Below, one piece after another: positions 23,810-36,611 of a stretch of DNA of 55,908 nucleotides. Every line of letters begins with the position of its first letter. The stretch's first letter is position 1. The stretch comes from Rhizaria sp. SCN 62-66 (lineage: Eukaryota), in contig MEDY01000023.1 of assembly GCA_001724265.1 (NCBI GenBank), positions 124,001-179,908 of the forward strand. The letters run 5' to 3'. The notes under the pieces were generated by a model. The model ran no database searches. It was not told the origin of the DNA and saw nothing but the letters and a program-made list of their open reading frames with translations. The position numbers and the translations under genes are program-made.

Positions 23810-26800
23810 GCGGCCGTGGCAGCGGCGGTGGGTGACGCGGGCCCGCCCGCAGCGGCGGCGGCAGCGGCCGCTGCAGCGGCGTTGGCGGCGTTGGCGGCCG
23901 AGGGCGCGGCGGCAGGCGCCGGGGCGGCCCAGGCGCGGAGCAGGGAGCGGACCGCGCGCGACAGGCCCTGGAGGCCGAGCACGCGCGTCTCGTCCCACTG
24001 CTTCTCGAACGTGTCGCGGCGGTAGTGCGCGACCATCATGACCGCGCGGCCCGTCTCGCGGTCACGGCCTAGCGCCGTGTTGCTGGGCGCGACCGAGACG
24101 GCGCCGCTGGTGCCCGAGATGAGCGTGCGCGTGAGCTGCGGAAGGAGCCCGCCGGTGCAGACGGCGGCGAGCGCGCGCTGCGCCATGCCGCACTGCGTCT
24201 CGACAGCGCGGAACAGTACGCGCGCGGCAGAGTTGCGCACTTCGCTGCGCGCGTCAAGTGCAGCTGCGGCAAGCGTCTGGTAGACAAGCGCGAGGAGGCG
24301 GTCCGCGGCGGCGCGGGCGGCGGCGCGCGCACCGGCGGCGCCGACAAGCGGCGTGAGCGCCACGTCGGCCAGCTCGGCCGCGGCGTCGGCGGGCAGCAGC
24401 GGCGCAGACGCGAGCAGCGAGCCGAGCGAAATACGCGACTGGATGAGGTGGCCGCGCGCGGTCGAGCCCTCGGCAGCGCGGGGCAGCGCGGCCGACACGC
24501 GGCGCCACAGCGCCAGCGCGGCGCGGACGAACGCGGGCGACGGCGGCACCTCGAGGCACGGGTGTGACAGCGCGTGCTCCGGCGGCGACAGCAGGGCGTC
24601 AAGCGCGGGACCGAAGAACGTGCTCTCCACGCCTGCGGGCGCCGAGTTCGCGGTGTCGCCGGCGGCGAGCAGCGCGAGCTCCTCCTCGTTGGCGGCCAGC
24701 GCGGCGTCGGCGGCCGCGGCGTGCTCGGCCAGGCGCCACAGCAGGTTGATGGCGGAGAAAGCGACGTTGGCCGAGGCAGTCTGCAGCGCGTACCAGCCGC
24801 ACGCGGCGACGAGCAACGGCAGCTGCTGGGGCGGGAAGGCGTCGAGCAGCTCCGACACGATCGTGTTGACGGTGTGGAAACCGGCGCCGACGAGCGAGGC
24901 CGAGGCGGCGGGCATGGCGCGGAGGCCGGCCGCGGCGAGCGCGACGTCGGACGACGCGGACGCCACGTCCAGAGTCGCCGCGTTGTTACCGCTGCTGCTG
25001 CCATCGCCGTTGCTGGTGTTAGTGTGGCTGGCGTTGGCTGAGAGCGCGCGCGCGGCGTGCGCGCGGACGGTCGCGTCGACGACGGCAACGGGCGACAGAT
25101 GCAGCGGTGCGCGGCACAGCACGTGCAGCAGCGGCTGCCAGCCCGCGCGCAGCGACGCGCCGCATAGGCGGACGACGGCGTGCACGCCCGAGAGCGCGTA
25201 GGCGCGGACGTCGGGCGAGCGCGCGCAGATGAGGTCGCACAGCGGCGCCACGGCCTCAGACTCGACGATCGCCACCGTCGCAGCCGCGCCCTCAGTCTTC
25301 GCAGCAGCGTCACCTGCAGCTGCAGAGGACGCGGATGAGGAAGAGGAGGAGGCGGTGGCGGCGGCGGCGGCGAGGTCGAGCGCGAGGACGACGAGGCGGG
25401 CCAGCGCAGTGGCACCGAGCGCGCGCAAGGCGGGCAGACGCGCGTCGCTGAGCGCCGCGGCGAGTGCAGTGGCTTCGTCCCACACCAGACGTGCGCACTC
25501 GACGCCGCGCGTCGCGAGCGCCTCCTCGGCGACGGCAAAGTACGTCACGGGTGCAAAGACGTGCGCGCGCGACAGCAGCGACGCCAGCGGCGCGGCCGAG
25601 GCCACGGAGGAGAAGGACCCACCGCGCAAGGGCAGGTCAGCGAGCACGATGAGCGCGCCGTCGCCGGCGATCTCGCTGCCGCTAGCGCCGTTGAGCGCGG
25701 GCAGCGGCTCGACGCCAGCCGTCGCAGCGACCGCAGCCGCCGTGGCAAGCGCGGTGACTGTGAGCTGCGACAGCGCGCGCATGTACCCCACAAGCGCCGC
25801 GTCCGGCAGCGCGCGCGGCGTCTCGCACAGCCGCACCAGCGCCAGCGACAGCGTCTGCGCTTGGCGGATCGTCGGCATGCGCTTCAGCAGCAGCGACAGC
25901 AGCGCGGGCGACACCTTGGCCGCGGCTGCCGCGGCGGGGTTGCTGAGCCCGCCGCGGACGGTGACCGCCTGCGCGTTGGCGGCGGGGGGCGCGCCCGACT
26001 CGGACCCGTCGTCGGGGCCGCCGAAGCCGTCGTCCTCGTCGTCGTCGATGGCTGCGAGGGCCGTGGCGGCGACGGCCGCGGCGTCGGGCCCGCAGTGTGC
26101 GAAGATGGCGTCCCACGCCATGATCACCGGCTGCAACCGCGCCGCGGTGCGCAGCAGCGGGAGCCAGCCGTCCTGCAGCCCCGAGCCCAGCGCGAGCGCC
26201 AGGGAGAAGAGTGCCTTGAGCGAGAGCAGTGTGCGCCGGTCCGCGCCCACCAGCGCCGAGAGCAGTCCCAGCGACAGCACAGGCGGCGCCGCGGCGTTGG
26301 GCGCGAAGACGACGTCGCCAGACGCGCCCACAATGACCGCGCCGGCGTTGCCGCCCCTGCTGCCGCCCGCGCCGCCGGCGGGCACCAGCGCGCCGCCGGC
26401 GTTGCCGCCACTCTGCGCGCCGCCGCTGCCGCCCCCGGACTCGTCGGTGAGCGCGTTGCCGGTGCCCGCGCTGGTGCTGTGGGCCTCGGTCGCGCGCGTC
26501 GCGAGCGCGACCGCGGCGGCCGCGGCGGCGGTGTCGGCGGGCGCGACGGGGACGCCAATGCTGACGGCGAGCTCGGGCGCGCGGTTAGCCTTGGGGTCGG
26601 CCTCGACCTTGACGAGGAGCTGCTTGACGGCGTCGGGGAAAAGCAACGCGTCAAGCGCGTCCGCCGTCGGGTCCGCGGGCGGCAGCGCGGCGGCCGGCAG
26701 CGCGAACCCGCACAGCGTGTTGATGCACTGGTCGCGCGGCCCCACGGCGCCCAGCGCGCCGCACGCGACGGCGAAGGCCTGGCACGTCGTGAGCATGTGG

Positions 26801-28445
26801 CGCAGCAGCGGCGTCTCGCGTGAGCGCGCCAGCGTGTGCGCGATGGTCGTCACAAGCGGGCCCGAGCACGCGTCCGCGAGCGCGATGAGGGCCTCGCGGG
26901 ACACAGCCAGCGGGGACGCGGCGAGCGAGCACTGCGCAGGGGTGCGGGGCGTGGCCGCGAGCGCCAGGTCGACGTCGCGGATCGAGCCGGACGGGAACGC
27001 GCGGGCCGCAATCGTCGCGGCCTCGGCCTCACGGGCGCGCTCAGCAACCCTATGGGATGATAAGGAAACGAAGTAGATACTAGATGAGAAAGATTCTTCA
27101 AGGAAGCACTTATTTAGAGAGATAATAAAACAATGATACAAAATAATGATACTCCGTTTTACGTTTTGGTAGTGACGTACTTGGCCTTCTCCTTGTCGGC
27201 CTCGGAGGCATTCGCGTCGAGCGCGGGGAGTGGGGCTGGGATCTCCGGCGCGGACCGCAGCGCGGCGGGGCGCAGCTGCGGGCGCTTGTGCAGCGCCTCG
27301 GCCACGGCGCTGCGCGGCAGCGATAGCCCGTTGCGGCGCGCGGCGGCAGCGGCAGCAGCGGCCGCGGTGGTCGACGCAGTGGGGTTCGCGGGGGCCGGGC
27401 GCGGCGCGAGGTCGGCTGAGAGCGTGGCGAGCGACGACACGAGCCCGCTGAGCACGGCCGTGGACATGGCGAACACGCCCGCCTCGCCGAGGTCGCTCTG
27501 CGGCGGCATGCCCGAGGCCGTCGCGGCGAGCAGCTGCCCCGCGCCGGCGCCGCGCGCGCGAGGCCCGTGCGGGTGCCACAGCGGCGGCAGCACGAACGCG
27601 CCGCGCTTGGCCGCGCTCGCCGCCAGCGCCTGCTGTTGCGCCACATTCCCCGCGCCCGTAGACGGCGCGCCGGGCGCCGGCATCGTGTCAGGCACCGCGA
27701 TGGCGTCCGCGGCGGCGTGTGCGATGCGCGCGACGGCGTGCGCCAGCGCGCCGCACAGGTGCGCAGTGAGGCCGGACCCCGAGGCGGCGGCCGTGGCGGC
27801 CACCACAGCGGCTTGTGCGGCGGCAGCGGCCGCGGCGGACGGCGACTGCGTGCCTTCACTGAGATCGACCACGGCCCCGTCGTCGCCGCCGCCGCCCGCG
27901 CAGGCGCCTGCAAGCGCGGCGGCGATGGCGGCTTGCGCGGCCTCGGCGGCGGCGGCCTCGGCGGCGGCGGCGTCGCCGACGTACGCCAGCGCGTGCAACG
28001 CTTTGGGCTGCGCGCACAGCACGGCGAGCGCGTCGAGCAGTAGCGCGCGCTGCGTCGCCGGCAGCGCGGGGCGGAGGCCGCGGGTGAGCTGCCCCACGAG
28101 GCGCGCCGCCGCGGGCTGCAGCAGCGGCATGCCGCCGTAGCGCTGCGAAAAGGTCACCGCGGCGCGCACGCCCGACGCCACCAGCACGTTGGTCTCGGCC
28201 GCGGCGGCGTTGGCGGCGGCGATCGCGGCGGGCGTCGTCGGCGCGGGCACGGGCGCGAGCACGGCGGAGAGGTGCGCAGAGAGCGCGGGCGCGACGTCTG
28301 AGGCCAGGACGGCCGTGAGCACGGGTTCGCTGACAAAGAGACCGGAGTGGTCCGCCAGCGCGGACTCGAGCAGCTCAGCGGCCGCGGCAGCGGGCATCGT
28401 CGACAGCGCCAGAGAGAAGAAGTACCGTGTGGGGCCCGTGGTGCC

Positions 28446-28476
<31 letters not shown>

Positions 28477-29762
28477 GCAGCAGCCTTGACGTTAGCGGGG
28501 GCCGGGGCGCGCGCGGCGGCGGCTCCGCGCGCGGCGGCGGCGGCGGCGGCGCGGAGGCGCGTCGACAGGTCGAGGATGACGAAGTACGCGTTGCGCAGCG
28601 GCGCGGGCAACGAGAGTGCCTCGGGCGGGAAGAAACCCACGTAGTCGGCAGCCGACGCGGCTGAGAAGCTGTTGTTGTGGTTGAGGTTGCTGTGGCTGAT
28701 GACATCCGACTGCGAGTTCTGCGCAGGCGTCGCGGGCGCAGCAGAAGAAGCAGCAGGCACAGCAGCAACGGAGGCGGACGACGCATCGTCAGTACTCTTC
28801 TTGGCATTGTCGTTGCCGTCATCGTCCTCGAGGTCAAAGTCGGGATTGGTGTCGTTGCCGATGCTCGACCGCCGGCGCGGGGCCGCCGCGGCGGGCGTCG
28901 TCGTCGCAGACGGCGTGTCAGCCGCTGCGCCAGTGGCCGTAGCAGCGGAGCGTGGGCGAGCTGGCGTGTTTGGCGTCGTGGCAGGGCCGGGCGGCGCGGG
29001 CGGGGCCGTACAGAGCGCGAGGAAACCCTCGGGGTCGCTGGAGCGGACCTCAGCGCGCGCGGCACCGGCGGAGACGGCGAGGTCAAAGAGCAGCTGCAGC
29101 AGGCGACGCGCGGTGCCAGCCGCGGTGACTGAGACGGCGGGGGCGCGGTAACCGACGAGCGCGAAACACGCGGAGAGCGCGCTCGCCATACCCGTGGTGA
29201 CCATCGCGCGCGTGCCGGCGACGGAGGAGGACACGGCGATAAGCAGCGTCTGCAGAGCGCGCAGCAACGGGCGCTCCCACTCGGCGACCTTGTCCGTCGT
29301 GCTCGCGGCCGCGGCGGCGCAGGCCTCGGAGATGGATTCGGTGATGGCGGAGGAAAACACGGCCGAGTGGTACACGGTCGAGAGAAGCTGGAAACCGTGC
29401 AGCGCGTTCGACAGCAGCGCGGGGTTGCGCGTCGTACAGGCCAGACGCAGAGCCTTGAGCACGGTAGTGCCCTCAACGGAGGCGTCGAAGGCGGCTGACG
29501 GGGCACGGCCACCGAGAATGGCCGTCAGGTGCGTCTTGGCCAGGTCTGCGGCAGCGCGGACTTCGGGCACACGCTTGGCGTCGGCCTCAATGGTCTTGAT
29601 GCACGCCAGCAGATCGGGCAGCTTGGTGCCGTTGAACTCGGACGACGGCGCAGGGCGCGGGGTCCACATCGGACCGTCGCCAGCAAAAGGCACCGGCACA
29701 AACACCGTTGTCGCCGTGGGCGCCTTGGCCGCAGGTGCGCTGCTCGAGGAAAACAAAAACAT
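20737..29762 (-). CDS. MON2: Protein MON2 homolog (Sec7-family-related Golgi/endosome scaffold); exons 29762-27181 and 27049-20737 (about 2964 aa)
   Basis: DCB-like N-terminus (IEADAKRVPEVRAAAD; LRLACTTRNPALLSNALHGFQLL), FAVACGALGAVGPRDQCINTLC, NVAFSAINLLW, LDARSEVRNSAARVLF and the MON2 signature HYRRDTFEKQWDETRVLGLQG. Intron 27050-27180 (GTACGT...CATAG) joins the two ORFs in frame. Stop is TAA. Confidence 0.9.
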
Positions 29763-30593
29763 CAGGCGTGTGTAGGAGGAAAGATAGCTCCTGGAAACGC
29801 CGAGAGGGCGAGAAAACGCGCAGAGGCGGCAGGGTACAGCGAAGGGAAAGGGCGCGCTGGGACTTTAGAGGCTCTTGGTGCGAAAGCCTGGTTCCAAGAC
29901 AAATAGAGCGCGAGAAATCATGGAAATGTGAGTATGGAAAATAATAAAAGGTATATCGAGAGTGTCGCAATCTTTTACACGACATTTAATGATTGGATGT
30001 GCGCTTCTACCTGCTGTAATATCGATTTTTCCGATGTTGCCCTGGGCGAGAGTGAGGCCATCGCGACCATCGGCTGGTGGAGAATCGTCCCAATAGGTCT
30101 CGAACTGTCGTTGAGACCCATGATGGTTGGATAACGGCTGCTGAGTGCTTAGCAACGAAGCGGTGAAGAATTATTTCTGCTCTTCAAATCGTAACCATAT
30201 GAATATCACCTCACCACCAGTTACAAGTGCTGGCACTTGCTTATGCACGACTCTGAGTCTCTACACAGTGAGAGTGCGTCTACGGTTGTCGTTTGGTCTT
30301 CGTCTGCGCTAGTTTTGTTTGCCAAACCGCCGCCTCGATAGCAGCACTGATGAGTACGAGGATCGGAGATGACTTGACATGTTTTTGGATATGCAACGCA
30401 AAATTGTTGAGCGTGGGTGAAATGTTAAGCTGTGTATGTATTAGATATTAGTAACCTTTAACCGCGCGCATATTCAATCTATGACGCCCAAATCGTAAAA
30501 CTTCTCTCCCGTCATCATGCCATGTGAAGTGACTTAACCGTCTCTGACCATTAGTGACTACATTTTCGTAAGTCTGTGTCTTGTATAGTTTGC

Positions 30594-31576
30594 TTAGAAG
30601 AAGCGCTTCTTGATGTTGCCCTTGCCCATGGTGTAGAGGTCGGGCTTCTTGACCTGCTCGGGGTACTCGTTCAGCAAGTACTCGGCAATGTCATACGACA
30701 GGTCACCGTTGAGCGTGATGCCCTATTGTTGTGTCGGAAAGCGCAACGCGACAAAGTGTGATCGAGGAAGAATATTGGGGCGAGTGCAGCGAAAAGGCGT
30801 GGGAAGCGGCAGTGGTATCGCGAAAGTGGGGAAAAAGTGAGTGATTGGTCGGAGCTGTGTAATATATATAGTATATCCAAAGGAGGTCTGCATCAGAACT
30901 TGTTATTCTCGCCGAAGTCGACATTATATTGAAGATTGTGGCCGTGTGCTGATTCACTTGCGCGAGGACGCAGTATAATCATGTCAGGTATAGAAAGGTA
31001 TGAACAAGTTGGACAGCGTTGGCGTTGCGGGGATAATAAAGGTTGTTGTGTAGCACGTACCTCGGCGCTGACGGAAGCGGAGGTGGCGAACTTCTTGGAG
31101 AAGACCTTGGCGATCTCCTTAGACTTGAGCCCAACGGACTCGAGGCCAGACACGGTAGTTACGTGCTTGCGTCGCGTGCGGTCCTTGGTCTGGATCACGA
31201 TCTCGCGCTTGGTCGCCTTGGCCGCAGCAACGGGTGCAATCTCGCCCTCATCATCGCCCTCGTCCTCGTTGTCCTCGTCGTCCTCGTTGGCGTCGCCGTC
31301 GCCGTCAACGTCCACAGTGTCGACGCCAGCCTCGCCGTCCTCGTCGCCCTCGGCCTTGGGCTTCGGCGCCGGCTTCGGCTTCTCGCGGCCGGAAGAGATG
31401 CGCAGCGCGCGCAGCTTCTCTAGGAGGTCCGGGTCAGTCTTCTTGAGGTTCGCGGCGCACGTCTCCCACTTGGGCGAGTACTCGCAAAACTCGAACGGGA
31501 ACGAGCAGTGCGGGCACAGCTCCACCTCCTTGGGCTGCAGCAGACTGGTCGTTTGTTCCTCGTCGTCGCTACTCAT
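30594..31576 (-). CDS. DENR: Density-regulated protein / translation machinery-associated protein 22 (SUI1 domain); exons 31576-31061 and 30722-30594 (214 aa)
   Basis: Zinc motif CPHCSFPFEFCEY...C and SUI1 domain (KDRTRRKHVTTVSGL...FSKKFATSASV|GITLNGDL). Phase-0 intron 30723-31060 (GTACGT...AATAG). Stop is TAA. Confidence 0.92.
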
Positions 31577-32996
31577 AGTAGATTGCGTAGAGTTCTTTCG
31601 GGTTAAGAAACTGCGGGACACTTTAACGGACGTCTCGACCACATATCAGTACCACTTTGCCTGCCCCCGCTCCGCCGAACCAAGTGCGCACAGTCACACG
31701 CAGTCCGCCACTGAACTGCTTAATTACACATATGTATTTCCTCTATATGATGTTGATATGATTTGTACGCATCGCATCGTGTGTTTTTCAAAGCTTTGTA
31801 TTTAGTTTGATTATTAGTACCTCTAAAGGCTGCACTTACCCTGCCCTATCGAGATGCCTTTCTAACGTTCATCTCAAACAAGGGTCAAAATATGCTGCCA
31901 TTTGGCGGGCGTATGTCAGGCGAGTAACGGAATGGTGGGCCCTATCACGGTATATAAGATACACATGTGTATTGTCTATCATTTATTATGCGGCTTTTGC
32001 TAAAATAGACGTTGATTGATCGTGCAAATGCCGTCGGATGTTAGACCTAGGTACGGGTTCAGGGTAACGATTTTAGCTACCCCAGTCGTGCACCGACGTG
32101 AAAATAATGCAGCTCGTGCAATAGCGCGTGTGCTGTGTAGATACGGTATACATCTACGTTGCTGCAGAGTGGCATCGGCTCTAAGGCTCGCTGTCCCCTC
32201 ATGATACGAGTCGTATTTAGGCGGCTACACATGACCGAAGATTGGATGCACGCACATGCTGTGCACCATGGGTAATGACGACGTCCAGTCAGTATATCAA
32301 GAGGCAGATGTATTGTCAAGGTTCGAATTTACCGCTTCTGCTGAGCATTGTTTCTTTTTCGTTCATACCCATCCTGATAAGGAAAACAACTGGGAAATCC
32401 GAGACAGTGTCGTTACATTCGTTAGGCTATAATTTCATTCAGCGAGCTCCGCAACGATTTAAAACAGCACTTCCATGTTAAAAGGTACATTTTCAGATGT
32501 CACCTTCAAGATTTTTTGAATCAGTATTTGTCTTGTGCTGAACTATCCCACCAGAAATCCAAATCAAACCTAGTATTCTCTCAAACTACGAGGATATACC
32601 CATTAACAATGCCCTTCACTTAAAAACATATCAAAGATATGTACATCAACCTCATTATCGCCACAAATAAACAACTTTATTGACAAAATGCTTGGCTACT
32701 GTGCCGAAACCGGTGGCTTTTGCAATTGCGCCAGGGTGACGTCGACGAACCTCGTCGCGGCCTCGTGACCGCTCACAAGAAATCGCCGTATTAACAATGC
32801 ATGTTTTCGCAATCGGTGATCTTAGAACAGAGTATATTGACGTTTCTTTGTTTTTAACTTTTGTTTCTTGTATTCCTTTCAATTTTTGTGTCCCAACCTG
32901 TGCATATATCACATGTACTACCCCGTCTTCTAATCCACCTTCGCCACTACTGCTTCGCCCGCACCTCCTGCCCACTCCCCGCACTGCTCAGCGTCG

Positions 32997-35900
32997 ATGG
33001 GAAAAGACGCTTGCGGCAGTTCGCTCACATTGGGCACTCGCCTTGTCCTCACCTTTATGGGTGCGACGCTGTGCCTCGCGCTGGCCTGCGTCGGCGGCTA
33101 CGTATGGTCGCGCGAAGGCTGGTTCAACTTCGCCGGCCCCATCTGGCCGGATCCGTGGTATGGCTACACCGCGGGGGGCTTCTTCGGTCTCCTCGCGCTC
33201 GTCTTCCTCGCCCCGCTTGCCTTCACGCTGTACTTTGTTGTCGCGCAGCACGCCCTGCGCCGCGCGGGCAACTCGTCCTCGCTGTGCAGCTACGTCACTG
33301 TCAACACCGTCGTCCTCTCCGCGCTCGCCGGGCTCGCCGTCGGCGGCTGGTACTACGCGCGCTTCATCCTCAACTGCGGCTTCGGCTTCCTCTGCGTGCA
33401 CGAGGAGAACCACTTTGTCCCGCCCGGCCCCGATGGCGTCCCGCTCGCCGGCGAGGCGTGGTGGGCCACTCTCGGCGCTAAGATGTTCTTCCCAGCGCTG
33501 CTCTTCCTCGCCACCACGCTGATGGGGCTCGTCTCGCACGTGGTGTACCGCCGCCACTACCACCGCATCGCCGCCGACGCCGCAGCTGACGCGCAGGACA
33601 TGCCGCTGCTGCAGTCTCCGTCTTCCCTGCTCGAGGCCCAGCAGTATGGCATCACCAACGGCTCCAACAACAGCAGCGGCAAGGGCTCCAACAAGGGCGG
33701 CAACAAGAACCGCTCCCGCGCGGCGCGCTCCGACGCCGACATGGACGACGTGTATCACCGCCTGGGTGCCGGCAAGCTCTCGGCCGACGGTGACGGTGAG
33801 AGCGACGGCAACAAGTACGCCTCGCCCGCCGACGCCGCGCGCGCGATGAGCCGCACAGCCGACAACACGGCCATCGGCGCCGGCCGCAACACGCCCAGCG
33901 CGCGCGAGTGTCCCGGGCTCGGTCTGTGGGTGCTGCTGCTAGCGTGCCTCGCCGCGCTGGGCGTGCTCTTCTGGCTCTCGACTTATTTCCCCAACAACTG
34001 GGAAAACTACGCTCCCTTTCGCCTGGCGCAGGCCGCCAACGAGACCATGACGCAGGACCCCGAGCTCTGCGGCAACTGGCCCTACAACTCATGCCCCGAG
34101 CTCCCCAGGGTCCGTGTTTCTTCTGCTTCTTCTTCCTTACATGCAGCACAGAAAAACAAACTGTATCAGCTTTCACATGTATTGCCTTGCATTATCTCAT
34201 ATCATGATTGGTATTCGTCTGTTTTACTCACTTGTACTGACGTTCTGACCTCACCGACCGACACTTGTTTGCTTTATTTCGTGTGTGTGTGTTTTTGCTT
34301 TTTTGTTGTTGTTTTGCTTTGCGCTGTCTGGGATCTCTCCAGGCAGTGTTCACGACTGTAAATGCGGAGATGGCCCGTTACTGGAACCTCAAGTTCTACC
34401 CTTCCAACGTCATCTTCTACCTCTTCCTCGCCTCCGTGCCCGTGCTCGCCATGCTGTTCCGCGCCACGGCCACGACTGACGCCCTGATGTCCCGCAAGAT
34501 CCGCGTGCGGCGCTGCTCCTTGCGCGAAGCCCTGACTTTCCAGTGGGGCACCTCAGCGGTCGCGACCCAGCCGGCGCGGCTTGCGTTCTTCACGCTCCGC
34601 GAGATCGGCGCGGTGCTGGCCACGGCCACGGCGGCCGCGCTCTTCTTCTTCTACTGGGTGCATGACCACAACTACGGCAACAGGTGGCCCGGCGGCCAGG
34701 TGTCGTCGATCGAGGCGTGGTGCCGCTCGCTCGGACAGCTCGCCACCTTCTTCCTCGCGCTCCTCATGTTCCCCGCGGCCCGCAACTCGCCCGTGCTCGC
34801 GCTGCTGGGCGTCTCGTGGGAGGCCGCGATCCAGTACCACCGCTGGCTCGGTGTTGCGTTCCTCGGCGCCTCGCTGGCCCACATGGGCACTGCCTGGGGC
34901 TGGTTCGGAGACCTCGTACGTGATGCACTTCACTAAAACAAAGATAATTCTTCATAATACTCTCTAGTTAGACGTTTCAAAATATATGTATATGTAAAAT
35001 TCGGTTATATTTCTATATGACTTAAAATTTATTCTCAACTAACATTTATATTCTGTGAATCTATCTTTTGTTTTCTATTCGTAGGGCGGTTTCCCCGCAG
35101 ACGTGTTCCAGCTGCCGCAGACGCACGCGCACTCGAAAGACAACTTCACCGTCCCGCTCATGCAGTGGGTTATGTGGATTGTCATCATCACCATCGGCGT
35201 CTTCTCCCTCCGCGAGAAGATCCGTCGCACGTCGTTCGAGCTCTTCCTCTACGCGCACCACATCACCTACTGCCTGCTCATCCCGGCTGTGCTGTGGCAC
35301 GCGCAGGCGTCGTGGGAGTATCTCTTCCCCGGACTCATCATCTGGATCGTCGACCGCGCCGTACGCGCCTTCCGTTCCGCGCGCGCGCTGCGCTTACTCC
35401 CGCTGCCCGTGCCCGCCAATGCCACGCCTGCCTCCATCGCCGCCAACAACACAGGCAACAACGCCAACGCGGCGGTGGCCGAGGCGGGGGGCGTGGCAGC
35501 CGCGCCGCAGACCGTGCTGGGCGCCGTCGCTGCCGACTACGGCGCCGCTGGCCCCATGGTCGAGCTCCGCGTGTCCGGCGACGCGTTCAACTACAAGCCC
35601 GGCCAGTACGCGTTTATCAACGTCGCCGAGGTGTCGCTGTTTGAGTGGCACCCGTTCACCATCGCGTCCCCCGTGCACGGCACCGCGCGCAACGAGATCG
35701 CCTTCCACATCAAGGCCATGGGCGCCAAGACCTGGACCGACGCGTTGTACCGCTACGTCGAGGACCGCCAGCTCCGCGCGGGGCTCAACCTGCCGCTCAC
35801 GCTCTCGGTCGATGGCCCCTACGGCACGCCGATCGACTTCAAGGCCTACGCTAACGTCATCCTCGTCGCCGGCGGCATCGGCGTCACGCCCTGCAAGTCC

Positions 35901-36611
35901 ATTTTTGAGTCTTTGCACCACTCGTACCTCGCCAGCCGCGCCGCCGAGCAGCAGAGCGGCGACTCGAGTTCCCTCGTCGGCAGCGGCAGCGCCGCAGCGG
36001 CGTACGGCTACGGCCAGGCGGTCAGCGGCGGCGCGGCCAACGGGTCGGCCCCGCTCGCGCGCCGCGTGCACCTGCTCTTTGCGGCGCGCGACGCCGCTCT
36101 GTTCGACATCATGGGCGACTCGCTCACGGCTCTGCCGCAGGGCCCGTTCTCGGCGCAGCTGTTCCTCGACGTCCCGCCCGAGGCCGCGGGCGCCGGCGCC
36201 GTCGCGGCCGCGCAGCGCGGGCTGCTCAACAGCTCCGTCGCGCCGGGGGCCGTCGCCACAGCCGCGGCGGCTAACGGCAGCGCCAACGGCGCCGGGGCCA
36301 GCACGCCCTTCGCGGCGGCCGCGGCGGCGCGCGTGGCGAGCCAGTTCGGCCACCTGCTCGTGCGCGGGCGGCCTAACTTCTCAGAGACGCTGACGGCTAT
36401 CGCGCGCCGGTCCGACGTGCTTGTCGACCCCGCGTACGCCAGTGATCCCACGCTCAACACCGGCTACGGCAGCGGATACACCGACGCTGTGCACGCCAAG
36501 AAGAATAAGACGCTTGTCTTCGTGTGCGGCCCGCCCGGAATCACGGCCGCGTGCGAGGCGCTCGCCCACGAGCAAGGCTGGGACTTCCACACCGAGACCT
36601 TCGCGCTCTAA
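32997..36611 (+). CDS. Ferric reductase / NADPH-oxidase superfamily flavocytochrome with a long N-terminal membrane extension; exons 32997-34109, 34343-34915 and 35085-36611 (1070 aa)
   Basis: Heme His pairs (YHRWLG...AHM; YAHH...WHA), PGQY, WHPFTI (FAD), DGPYG, VAGGIGVTP, FVCGP and the C-terminal FHTETF. Introns 34110-34342 (GTCCGT...TCCAG) and 34916-35084 (GTACGT...CGTAG) are both phase 0. Stop is TAA. Confidence 0.92.

Noticed and set aside
27050-27579. Overlap of ORFs 27159-29762 and 20737-27579, suggesting a programmed frameshift
   Set aside because: It is fully explained by the canonical 131-nt intron 27050-27180.
20651-29775. Long antisense ORFs on the + strand (e.g. 20651-22321, 22334-24025, 25229-27076) and similar shadow ORFs elsewhere
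   Set aside because: These are expected mirror frames of very GC-rich Ala/Gly codons opposite MON2 and other real genes, and they contain no recognisable domains.
32310-32340. GTTCGAA T-loop-like motif (also near 43815) as a possible suppressor tRNA
   Set aside because: There is no flanking T-stem or cloverleaf, and no tRNA gene was identified in the window.
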